Below, piece by piece: positions 52,490 through 64,000 of a stretch of 64,000 bases of DNA. The stretch covers positions 21,985,455-22,049,454 of the forward strand of contig OZ316897.1 of NCBI GenBank assembly GCA_973895155.1, written 5' to 3'. The notes under the pieces are model-generated. The model made no database searches. It was given only the letters and a program-made list of their open reading frames with translations, and had not been told where the DNA came from. The DNA is from Marsupella aquatica. Taxonomy: Eukaryota; Plantae; Marchantiophyta. The translations under genes and the position numbers were made by a program. Numbering within the stretch: the first letter of the stretch is position 1; every line of letters starts with the position of its first letter.

Positions 52490-53214
52490 GTCGTCCCCTC
52501 TGCCTCACTGCACCCTCCATAAGTGCAAACTGGGTTTGTGGTTCTCGGTTTTTATTAGCCTCGAAAAAACCAAATGAAATTCGTTCCTAGTCAGCATACA
52601 AAACAAGGGGGCCCAAAAAAGGAACACGGCTTCTTAAATCTACAGCCATGCTCCCCTATTTTTCCTGGGACCCTACATTGTCTGCCCAGTAAGCACTTCG
52701 CCCCCTCTGCCTCCCCTGTTTTCCTGGGACCCCACATTGCCTTTCCAGTAAGCACTTCGTCCCCTCTGCCTCACTGCACCCTCCATAAGTGTAAACTCGG
52801 GTTGTCGTTCTCTGTTTTTATTCCCCTCGACAAAAATAAATGAAGTTCGTTCCACTAGTCAGCGTACAAAATAGGGGGCCCAAAAAAAGACTACAAAACA
52901 GGGAGACCCAAAAAAGAGACGTGGCCTGTTAAATCTACAATTAGTTAATTGCTCCCCTAATTTTCTGCTAAATCTACACCCAATTAATTGCTCCCCTATT
53001 TTCCTGGTCCCCTTACATTGCCCAGTCCCGTATGCACTTTGTCCCCTCTGCCTCACTGCACCACCATAAGTGCAAACTTGAGTTGTTCATATTTGCCTTG
53101 AAAAAACCAAATGAAATTCATTTCACTAGTCAGCATACAAACAGGGGGGGCACAAAAACGAGACAAGACAACAGGGGGACCCAAAAAATAGACATGGCCT
53201 GTTTAATCTACAAC
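52490..53214. repeat. Complex dispersed/tandem repeat family (GTCCCCTCTGCCTCACTGCACCCTCCATAAGTGCAAACT), left part
   Basis: Copies near 52494, 52759 and 53041; family continues after 58399. Confidence 0.8.
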
Positions 53215-55739
53215 TACACTGTCCACCGCAATTAGTGTTAGTCACACTAATTGCGTAGCCCATTAAATTCAGTATCTCACTTAAAACAGTGTGACTCACA
53301 CCATATCGGGTGTCACTCTAATTAGAGGTCACAACTAGTCACACTTTTACTCTCAGTAATTGATGGGTGCAAAGCTTGCACATCGATCTTGCAGTCTTGC
53401 TAGAACGCCCATAGGTCCATGCGCAGATAGGTTTCAGCGTAATAAAATGTGACGGCACCTTTGTATTCCCAAGCAGATGAACATGCCAGTATGAGAATGA
53501 TACAAAGTGAGGATCGCAGAAGAGCCCTGGCTGGGGATATCCACTCAGGAATGAGTGTAGTCAACGTGTTGCCCGAGACAGTCTTGTAAAGCTGCATCAG
53601 TTTCAACTGCACACTGAGAATGATTGACAACACACAACAAGCCAGGGGCATGAAGCTGAGACTGAAGTGGACGCTCAATACGAAGTGAAAAGTTGTGAAC
53701 ATTTCAATAGAACAAAAATAAGTTGCGTGGATGACCATTTGAATATACACTTTACACCAAAGTGCCAGTAAGCAATCTATTGCTACTTTGATGCCTACCT
53801 AGCTGTTGAAGACCTTAGATATATTGATCGAACCCGTGATTGGATCAAAGTCTACCCAATCTATTGCTACTTTGATGCCTACCTAAGCTGTCGAAGACCT
53901 TAGATATATTGATCAAACCCGTGATTGGATTGAAGTCCAGCAGTTATAGCTCGCTGCATATTGAATCAACTTAATTACTCTAGTACATAATATATAATGT
54001 GTGTTCGCCTAGAACATCAATCCCGACATCAATACTCGGAGGGGAAAAATGAACAGTGGCACTGCTAATTGATTGTAAGGCTGGGGTCTTAAAAACCTGG
54101 AGGAAAAAAGCAACAGTGGGATTGTTGCCTGGGCTCTTCCATCCAAACGGACAGTCCATGATATCTATTCCGGTACGCTCTGCTGGTTGCTATTTAGTCG
54201 CCCTTGCTCTGCTGGGTCTTTCCCTGGCAGATACTCCCACTTTCCATCTCCCGAGATCGAACCGTCCACTCAAAGTCTGCCATCTTTGAAGCTGTCGAGT
54301 TGTATCTCCATCCAGATCAATTCGGAAATGAGACTCAGAAACTAATCTGCCAGTCATCAGGCATGCACTTAGCCAGTCCCATCCCACAACCTTCACTGTG
54401 GACTGCAGTCGAAATGGACATCTCTGGCATCTCCAATGAAGCTCCAAAACACGCTACCAAGACGAATTTGTGATAACGTGTGTAGTTTTCTCTGTGATCT
54501 GAGGTGTTCGAAGCCCTCCTTTCTCCCGAAATTTGGTCGCCAAGATATTGTATCTTGGAGTCTTTTCCCCGTCCAATACCCACACTACATTGACACCATC
54601 AAAGATCTTGAATCTTTGGAGATCAAGATCTGTAACTCTCTTCTGTTTGAATGTTGATGAACTGGCTGCCATTGATTCCAATCTGCCAATCTTGAGACCT
54701 CGTACTATAGCTTGGGGCCAGCCACCACACAGTTCTCAGTCCTGCTCAAAACCACGCGGGAAAATATATGAGAATAAATGCCATATGCAAGAGATTGCGG
54801 AGAGGAAAAGTTCTAATGAGTTCTCGTTGCGCTATGTAGCACTCACTTATTCACAGTTTAAAGAGCAACTGGTATCTGCACCGAGCAATGTAGGCAAAAT
54901 AAAACACTATTCAATCTTCAACTTGCACTTGGAGCAAAGCAAACTTGAGCGTGCACGGGAAATTGTCGAGAGAGTGTATAGGTAGGAGATGACTGAAGTT
55001 CACAATGTCTGGGGAATTCCGCTAGTGAGCACTGTACTTAAAACCTAGTCCAAGAGATATAATTATGGGCATAAAATGCCAAGGGAGTTGACGATGTAAA
55101 GTTGTCGGCTCATGCAACGTCCGGGAGAAGATTCTTTGAGAGCGCAAATTTCTTAAACGTTGCCCTTGAATTCCCACCCTCACAGCTTCATTGGGAAGGG
55201 AGGAAATGCCTTACTTCTTTCCCGTCCTATTCCAACGACTAACGACTAACGACTAACGACTAAGGACCGACCATCTGGGCAACCATTTTCTGAGGGCCTC
55301 AACGATCACAAATTTCCTATACGCGATAAATTTGACTGTTCTTATTTTGCAGCGCTTCATGATCGTTGAGGCCTAAATTTTTGAAAGTCTTAAATTTGAA
55401 AAATATGAGTGAGTCAAAAATTAGCAGCCCTTGCGCGTACATGGCAACTGCGCCCACATTCATAGCCAAGATCCTTTAATTTACTTTCTACGTGAGCAAG
55501 AAGCATTTCTAGATCATCCACATTCATATGCAGTGGTGCAGCGATTAGACCAGAATTGTGAAACTCCACATTGTAGAGTTGGAAGTGTATGTAGATTGAA
55601 ACTCCACATTTCCCTCCTGATTTCCCTTTGCTTTCTATGCGGTGATGGAAAGAAGCTCAAGGAGCACAATGTCACTTGGCAGCCCTATCCTTGCTGCATT
55701 TTCTCGTGCGTCACAAACTCATCCTGTTTCTTCTCAGAT

Positions 55740-57577
55740 AGTTGCATTAGCTGAACTTGATGCAAACAATGACACTTCGCTCCTCTCAGCAAACCGTAAA
55801 CGTAGATTACAACAAGTATCAACTAAAGCCCAGAGAGTGAAGGTGATACAATGGATGGTACACGCTGTGTTGGAGAGGGGGGGGGGGGTGACGATAATGG
55901 AGTATGTGCTGCTGCTGTGAGGCGTTTCCCTGAGATATTTAGGAGCAGCCCTCATGCCAATCTTGTAAAGGCCTGGAGGTGGTGGCGAGGGCATGAGCAC
56001 ACCTTGAATTTATTGGCTGATGATCAACTCTCCATTAGTCATACATTTCGAGGAGCTAGGAAGAGAGTAGACTGATCTGAAAGCATCGACAGGTCGAGGC
56101 AGGAAAGCAGCAGAATGGGTGCAATGGCTATATCCGTTTGTGTTGGAAGACTTTGTTTGTTTAAGAGCTGCCGGTTTGAAGTTTTTGCCCTCAATTTTAA
56201 TGCTTGTGGCCAAGAATGCACTCACAAGCAATCCTCACCCCCGATTTACCTCCCAAGCTATCTTGGATGGAAACACTACGCCCCTTATTGACCGAATCAG
56301 TCTTCGATGGATTCAGCAGACGGGAAAACTCATGGTTTCCCCAAAGAAGCAAGAATTCATAGAACGATCAGTAGCATATCACATGGGAGAGCTTGCCAAA
56401 GGCTTTAGAGATGGAACTTTTGATGAGAATCTACAAGAAAACATTGATGAGACACACTTTCAGGTCAATTTTGACAATGGGAGAACTTTGGGATTCTCGG
56501 GGGTCTCACTATATGGGGACCTTCCCATCATCTGCGACGTTTTAAGGCCTCGGACCCCCTAAAATGTAAGAAAAAAAAATATTTTTAAACCCCTATAAAG
56601 TTGGAATATTCCAAGAATATTCCAAAAATTGGATTAAAAATACCCTAATGTTCTTATAAGTCTCAAAATTGAATTTAAAAGACCCTATTGTTCTTCTACA
56701 AAAATTCTTAAGTCTTCCCTTAGAATCAATAAAATGACTCTATCCTTTGTCGCACGTGATATGCCATTTTTGTGGAAGTGAAACCCCCGAGTTGGGATTT
56801 CGAGGGGATACGGAAGTGAAGTATTGCGATGTTGTTTCAGGGGGTGTTGGCATAACCATGGTTGTGAAGATCACAGGAGGAGCAAATGCTAAGATTGCCA
56901 GGCCATTTTTGATTTTCCAAAATGAAGATGGAAATTATCCCATGAAAGGCGTTCCCAACACAGTGCCCGACGTAACATACAGGACTACCAGGAAAGGGTT
57001 TATGACAAGTAGGTGTCTTGCACAGTACTATAAAGAGCCAAGAGTAAGTTTTGTAGATCCATCGGGCCGACTAAAGATGCAGTGGATGGACAATTTCTCT
57101 GGACACAATGTGACACAAGAAGCAGAATCAGCTTTGGTAGATATCAAGACTAAGGTGCGGTATTTCCCGAGTAATTCCACACACCTTGTCCAACCTTGTG
57201 ATTCTTTCGTCATCTCAAAATTGAAAGATGCTTGGAGTAGTAGGTGGGAGGAAAAAAAGCTGGAGTTACTTCGTGATGGACAGTGGCAAGAAATAGGCAA
57301 GAGAGCTAGTGGGAAGCTGAAGAACCCGGGGAAGTTGTACTTCTTGAAGCTTGCCGCAGAATGTGTGAAGGCAGTCAACAAGCAAGTTGACAAGCACGGG
57401 ATAAAATATGCTAGAAAATCTATGATTCGCTGTGGGCTCTCTTTGAATACCAATGGGACATGGGAGATTGAGCAGCTGACCCGCGAACTTCAAGAGATCA
57501 TCAAAAAGTACCCTGACAACTTTCAAGGGACGAGAGATGGCCTGCCAGCTTTACCTGAGCCACCACCTACTACATAG
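55740..57577 (+). pseudogene. pogo-like DDD transposase, frameshifted and MITE-interrupted
   Basis: ENIDETHF, WMDNFSGH and FPSNSTHLVQPCD (36 residues between the last two Asp). Confidence 0.85.
56496..56791. mobile_element. 296-bp hAT-type MITE
   Basis: 15-bp TIR CTCGGGGGT(C/T)TCACT; 8-bp TSD TTGGGATT (56488-56495 and 56792-56799); removal restores RTLGFRGDTEVKY. Confidence 0.9.
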
Positions 57578-58398
57578 TTTTCAGAGGACAGCGATGCACA
57601 AGAGGAGAGTCAGAGCTCACAGGATGGCTAGACACCTCACTGAGGCTCTAGTTGTGCTAAAGCTTATAGCTGCTCGTCAGCACCGGAATACCATAGCTTG
57701 GGCCAGGCTGATGTAAGGAATAAGAATATGTGGCTTAGCTGATGCATGTAAACTCATCTGTTCACTGTTCAGTGTCTGAGCGATCGATGACCTCGGATCT
57801 CCACTCTACATTCTCAAGTGCTATTTGGCTACTTCCCAGAATGTATGTACTTGCCTACTTGGACGTCAGCAAAAACAATTGAGTCATCGCTTGAAGTTTA
57901 CCAGCAGATCAGATCTACATGGTGCTTAAATTTCATAGTTTAAGTATAGGAACATCACTCCATTGTTGTAGTAGTGACAACACAAGAGCTTTGTAGGAAG
58001 ACACCCCGGCCCCGCCAGTATAGACTTGTTTTTATAAATAAAGCCTGACCGGGAGCTTGACTCTGCAAGCCCTGAAATTGACTCTATTTACATGCTGTGT
58101 GATTTGACGTGTTGCTGTTGTGTGGTTTCGTGTTCACTGCAATTCTCAATTTTTGCCAACTTTCGTTTGCCTCTGAATAGTGTGACGTAACATACTGAAT
58201 TAGTGTGAATCGTGGTTTTGTGTTCACTGCAATTCTCAATTTTTGCCAACTTTTGTTTGCCCCTGAATAGTGTGACATAACATACTGAATTAGTGTGAAT
58301 CGGGATGGAAAAAAAATGTTTACGTAAATTAGTGTGAGTCACTCTAATATTGGTGTCACACTAATTAAATCCTCACACTATTTACGGTGGACAGTGTA

Positions 58399-60430
58399 GT
58401 TAATTGCTCCCCTGTTTTCCTGTTAAATCACCAAATGAAATTCATTCCACTAGTCCGCATACAAACAGGGGGGACCCAAAAAAGACACATGGCCTGTTAA
58501 ATCTGCAAAGAGTTAATTGCTCCCCTGTTTTCCTGTTCAATCTACACTGAGTTAGTTGTTACCCTATTTCGTTAAGTCTACACCGAGTTAATTGCTCTCC
58601 TATTTTCCTGGGCCCTGTACATTGCCCGTCCCGTATGCACTCTGTCCCCTCTGCCTCACTGCACCCTCCATAAGTGCAAACTTGAACTGTTCTAATTTGC
58701 CTCAAAAAAACCAAATGAAATTCATTCCAATAGTCAGCGTACAAAACAGGGGGTCTGTTAAATCTACAACAAGTTAATTGTTCCCCTATTTTGATGTTAA
58801 ATCTACACTGAGTTAATTGCTCACTTATTTTCCTGGGCCCCATACATTGCCCTATTAACTTTACATTGATCGAGTTCATTGCTCCCCTATATTTGCATGC
58901 TCCACTATTACATTGCCCGGCCCCGTATGCACTCCGTCTCCTCTGCCTCACTGCCCTCCATAAGTGCAAAATTGGGTTGCACTGCATTCTCCTCCATTTA
59001 CGAAGAGCTCAGAAGGGCGTCTCAAACCTTGAAGTTTGTGGTAAAAATGACACCCACCCATGGGACAGAAGTATGCCAGACATGTATTTTCATGTATGCC
59101 ACTTCTTTCCCGGGGATTTGTTGTTGATCTCTACAGGAGGCAGAGAGGAGAGATTTGAGATGCCCTAGTGAGATCTGCCTCATTGCACCCTCCACCGAGA
59201 GGTTGGTCACCATGGCTGAACAAAGTGGAGGGGGGTTCGTCACCATTTCTGACCAGAGCTACACTGTGACTACAAGTATATGTGTTAAGGAAACAATTGA
59301 TGAATCCAAACCATGTTTTAGACATGTTGGATATATAGCATGTTCATCCTGGAACATGCCTCTATTTTTGTCTTGTAGTGATATGTAATTCATTAGACTT
59401 ATTTTATGATAAAAGAAGTAGATACATGTAAACTATATGCCAACAAATTAATATGTGTTAATTAAGAGTAAGTGACATCAAAGATTGAGTGACACCTTTC
59501 ACATGCCAAATAAGCACATTATGACCAAGAAAGTACTAAGGTACTAAAGAGTTGGGCACATACAGTAGTACAGATTTGCACTTGCTTCTAGATAGGGACA
59601 ATCAACTCAATTAAAACCATAAATTTTGCAAAGGAAACCATGAGGGGGAACTTAATACACATGATGTGCACATTGTTCAAATTCATTTGTCTCACTCTCA
59701 TGAGAAAAAAGCTAAGTAGTGATTGAAAAGGAAAAATTTAACATTTAGGAGGGGAGCCAAATATATTCGAAATACTCTAAATTCACTAAAATTAAAAGTG
59801 TTCTAAAAGTTAATTCAAAATCAAATTAATACAAATGATTCACCTTGTTAAGGCACATTAAAATTCAAATATTGAACACAAAATATGAGTAAGACAAAAT
59901 CTAAAAGATGGATTCACCATTATAGCAGTTTCATTGATGAATCCAAACCATGTTTTAGAGATGTTGGACAGTTACTACCCATACATAAGGTGGAAGTGTT
60001 GACTTGTCCCTTTTTTAACATTCCATTCACTTCTTACCACCAAGGTTCCAATTTGCTACTCAATCAGTATGGAATGACAGTTTCTAGTGAATTTGGATCC
60101 TACGGGTAACCCATAACTCTTGATCAAATAGGCAATTATGGTTTAAGAAGACAGTTGTACTGCTTGACAGATCAAAATCATGTTTTAGACATGTTCAATA
60201 TCATTTTCTAATTATTCTCCATCTGGTCTGCCTCCCTACACCCTCCATAAGTGCTAAACTTAGGTTGTACTGTGTCTGAGTTTCATATTCTCCTCCTTTT
60301 ATGAAGAGTGCTCTACCTCACTACACCCTCCATAATTCCAAAGTTGGTTCTGCTATGAGGTCCATCGTTCTCCTCCTTTTTATGAAGAGTTCATCTGCCC
60401 TACCTTAGTGCACCCTCCACAAAGGGGATC
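58399..60430. repeat. Same complex repeat family, right part and degenerate copies
   Basis: CCTCACTGCACCCTCCATAAG-like copies near 58654, 58946, 60235, 60316 and 60405. Confidence 0.7.
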
Positions 60431-63300
60431 CGTCACCATGGCAGAACTAAGTTAACCTGCTACTAGTTGTGTCAAAACGATGGTTATGACCCTCCACCTA
60501 GGGGGCGGGCTAGGGGATAGGTCACCATGGCAGATCAATGTTACTAACTCTGAAAGCTACACAGCTAGTACTTGTGTTAAGAAGATGGTTGTGTGACTTT
60601 GAGAATTAAACCCTTTCACTGCCCACCCCTTCTCCTAAGAAGAAAGTAAGAGAAAAACAATAGGATCAAATGGGCCCTCTCTAGATAAAAACAAAGGAAT
60701 TAAAATGTCCTCTCGTCTGTTTCTGTCCCAATGTATGATATTTTCCTTTCCCCATGGTAAGTATCAATCATCATGAGACCTTACTTTACTGTGCATACAT
60801 TGTAAAGTACAGTAATATCATCTAAACATAAATTTTGGGGCTTTAGTTTTTACCCCTTCTCACAATAAGTGAACCATGTGCCACATGCTATCAGACAATA
60901 CAGAGTAGACAAGACAAAGTTTAGTAAGTAACATAAAACAGACCCCACCATGGGGCCCTTTTTGGGCATGTGTCCAAACAATTGAACAAAATTCAGCCCA
61001 TAATTGCAAAATTGGATAGTATAATTGTAAGGCTCATCATTGTCTACATTTTGACACTGCTACAATGGCCAGTCCACCTTTCAATGTTTTGCCTCACTAA
61101 TAATTTTTGTTATATCTTTTTGTTTCAATGTGCCATCACAAGGTGCAACACTTGTATGATTAGATTTTAAATTACTTGGCACCCCTCTATATGTTGTTCA
61201 TCTTGCTATACTAGAGATCTCCTTTCCCACTACATTTAGTTAACAGTGCATTCACCATCCTTAGCACGTTTTATGACATTTCTGCCAATTCTAGTGAATG
61301 TGAGAGATAATTGATGCTTTGAGATGTAAAGTTCTCCTCATAGTTTTTTTTTTTTGCTTATGTTTTTAATTGTCATTACCTAAGGCAAGGGAAAATCTTC
61401 TTTTGATTGATTCCAGTATCACCAGGGAAAATGAGACCTTATGTGCACAACTTTCCAAGACTTGTGCATTTTCCTGATCTATATGTGAAATGTTTTGGTA
61501 AGTGTTGTGGTGTACTTCTCCCACTCAATTCTATCATGTAAAATACTATACTATGTAATAGTCATTTACACATCACTACAAGACAAAAAATAATAAAGCT
61601 TGTCCCAGGATGACATGGTACATGCAAAATCAGGTTGTACTGCAAGGCCAATCATTCTTTACATTTATGAAAAGTCTCTACCTCATTTCACCCTCTACTG
61701 TATAGGAGTAAAATTGCATTGGGTAGTATGAGAGGGATGTTCTTTCTATGAAATGTAAGCTTGGATCGATGGGCACAAAGGTTTGATGTGATGGCCATGG
61801 ACACTAATTAACAAAATGAAAAAGAAACATGCATTTGGCGGTTTAGAGGAGGATTCTGAGTGGATTCCTCTGGTATTCATCCATGCAATTTACTGCTAAT
61901 GGGTCAAATTAGTTTGTGTACTCCCTACTTGTGCATGCTTTAATGCTTGTAAGGCTAATACATGTTCTCCTGTATTGGAAATTTTTAATTTTAAAAATAA
62001 TGCTAGTTTCACTTCAAAATCTATGCTAATTTACATCAAAATGGGAGAAACATAAATAATTATGAAAAAATTGTATATTGAGAAAACACAATAGTTTAGA
62101 GTGTTTGTGAAATATCAAAATAATTTTGTGAAGCAAACTTAAGAATGTTTGGCACATTTTGATGTAAACATTGATTTTGAAGTGTATGCATTATTTAAAA
62201 AAATAAACCCCAAAAGAGATTAAATTGAGTTGTATGACAGGGTAACAATTAGAATCCCAAAAGAACAACCAACAACAGAACATTGTAGTTGATAGAATAA
62301 GTAAAAATTATTCTTTTTTTGTCCCCTTCTTTCCCGCCCTCTTTGATATAATTTGACATGTTAATTTCCAATTTTTAAAGTTTTTACCATAGATCTTATG
62401 CCTAATTTATAGTTGTTGTTGGCATCACAATAAACAATTTGTGTTTGTTTGTTGCCTAGTTGTGTTTGGCAAAAATGATGCTCCAATAATACCAACAAGG
62501 TGGCCTAAAGAGTAGCACATACATCCCTAAACTCTCATACTACTGTGGCACATGAAGTTTAAATGAATGGTTCCTGCCTTTGTATTTTCTAATGTCTGTC
62601 TGTCTTGCTGGAATTTTCTACACCATTCATGCAAAACAAACCCTACAACAATGCCTGACTATTAGGCATCAATCTATTCAATCAACAAAAATAAAAAAAT
62701 TTCATTAAATTAGTGGCTAACCATATTAAACTAAAGCTTAACAAAAATGGAAAGTATTAGTAGTTTAAGCTTAATTATGCCTCAACCAAATGACAAATTT
62801 ATTTCTCTTTCCTTGGCACTTCAACGTCCTCCTTGTTTTCTTTCTTTCTTTCATCCTCTATTTTTTTGTTGGTTTGATTCCCTCAATCTCTTTCTCTGTC
62901 GTCTTTGTCATCTGATTGTTTGATGAGTGTCATCAAAAAGTTTTGGGCCAACTTTTGTCTTCAGACTGTTTAAGAAATAGGCCACCCGAGCTAGATACAA
63001 GAAAGAAAATTCTCAACCCAAATGGACTTTAGACAACAAAACTATGGCTAGGAAACTTTCATGATGAATCTTAGGATGTTGAAGTGCCACAATAGCACAA
63101 AGACAACATCGTGGAAACCAAAGAAAAAGTAATTGACCAACCTACAGTACAATATCACTACTTTAATGTAAACATTGTTGCCATTAATGATCAAAGTTAA
63201 ATGTCATTTGTCCATTTAAGAATTTAAAAAAGCAAGTCTATGGTACTCTCTAAGATTGGGAGGGAGGTCATCACTCACTCAAGCTATTGTAAATTTATAG

Positions 63301-63320
63301 CTCTCTCTCTCTCTCTCTCT
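63301..63320. repeat. (CT)10 microsatellite
   Basis: Direct read. Confidence 0.9.
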
Positions 63321-64000
63321 GATTGTAATTCATCTCTCTTCTACCCATAACCAGTGTCCTTCTTGAAGTCACCGTGCGTATTCCTCAATATGAGAGCGAT
63401 CGTCAAATGACATGAGGAGTCTGAATGTGAAGATAATTTACATGGGAATTTGCAGGGCCTGCCAGCCAGCTCTTAAACCAATGGAATTCTAATTCCAGGT
63501 AGGTCCACTTTTATTGTCCGAATGATAGAAAACAAACTAAGTTGATGACCGATACTTGAAGCCCATTTATTAGGTTACTTGAGAGGTTACTAACACGAGA
63601 TGCTTGTGGCTTATACATGTAGGTCATCCATGGGTTGGAGAACTCTCATCTGCTTCTTTGGGCATCAAGAGGAGTTAAAATTTCAGGACCTTTTTAGGTT
63701 TTGGTGATGTTCTGATTCTATGGAAGAGAGAACATTATCATATTCACTTCCATAGAATCGGAACATCACGTGCAATGAAGAATATGATAGTTTTATTGGT
63801 TTGAAGGGAAGACTTGGAAAATTTTGTGAAAGAACTTTAAAGTCTTTTAAATCCAATTTGGAGTCTTGTAAGTACACTAGGCTGCAAACATGTTGGGGGT
63901 GGGGGGGGGGGGGTTATTTTCATGGCAAAATGGTCTTGTCTTGTTTGTCTACATCAATGCTGATGTCACGTGTTTGCGTGCTAGAGAATTTGCAAGAGAC

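Larger units (their letters stand above)
53217..58396 (+). mobile_element. pogo-like (Tc1/mariner superfamily) DNA transposon
   Basis: TIRs CACTGTCCACCG(C/T)AA(T/A)TAGTG; TA TSD at 53215-53216 and 58397-58398; inserted into the repeat family. Confidence 0.9.

Noticed and set aside
59364-61590. CACTACAAG motifs as CACTA transposon ends
   Set aside because: They face outward and the similarity extends past the CACTA motif, so they are not termini of one CACTA element.
61700-64000. AT-rich terminal region
   Set aside because: No supportable coding or structural feature beyond microsatellite and homopolymer runs.

Overview
Eukaryotic, transposon-dense plant genomic DNA (spliceosomal introns, a CBP60 gene; probably a non-seed land plant, which is an inference). 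The main signal is two highly diverged copies of one DNA-transposon family: element 1 (<1-15593) and element 2 (29430-38766, with 25-bp TIRs). Each pairs a DUF7869/Sola1-like DDE transposase with an intron-containing gene for a ParB/Srx-like domain fused to a prokaryote-type beta-class amino (N6A/N4C) DNA methyltransferase. Each copy carries many copies of its own palindrome, mostly in introns and intergenic DNA (CGATAAATTTATCG in element 1, TTCATGAATTCATGAA in element 2), reminiscent of ParB/parS. Both copies share a terminal CTTCTTGTT but have swapped gene order, and both are now disrupted. Other content: a young non-autonomous Athila-like LTR element inside element 1; a Copia remnant cut by element 1; a Helitron RepHel split by element 2; Ty3/Gypsy remnants; a frameshifted secreted Cys-rich protein gene; a probable NLR relic with a 289-bp array; an intronless CBP60 lacking a readable CaM-binding tail; and a pogo-like transposon carrying a hAT-type MITE. 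All family assignments come from motif recognition by eye; no database search was run.
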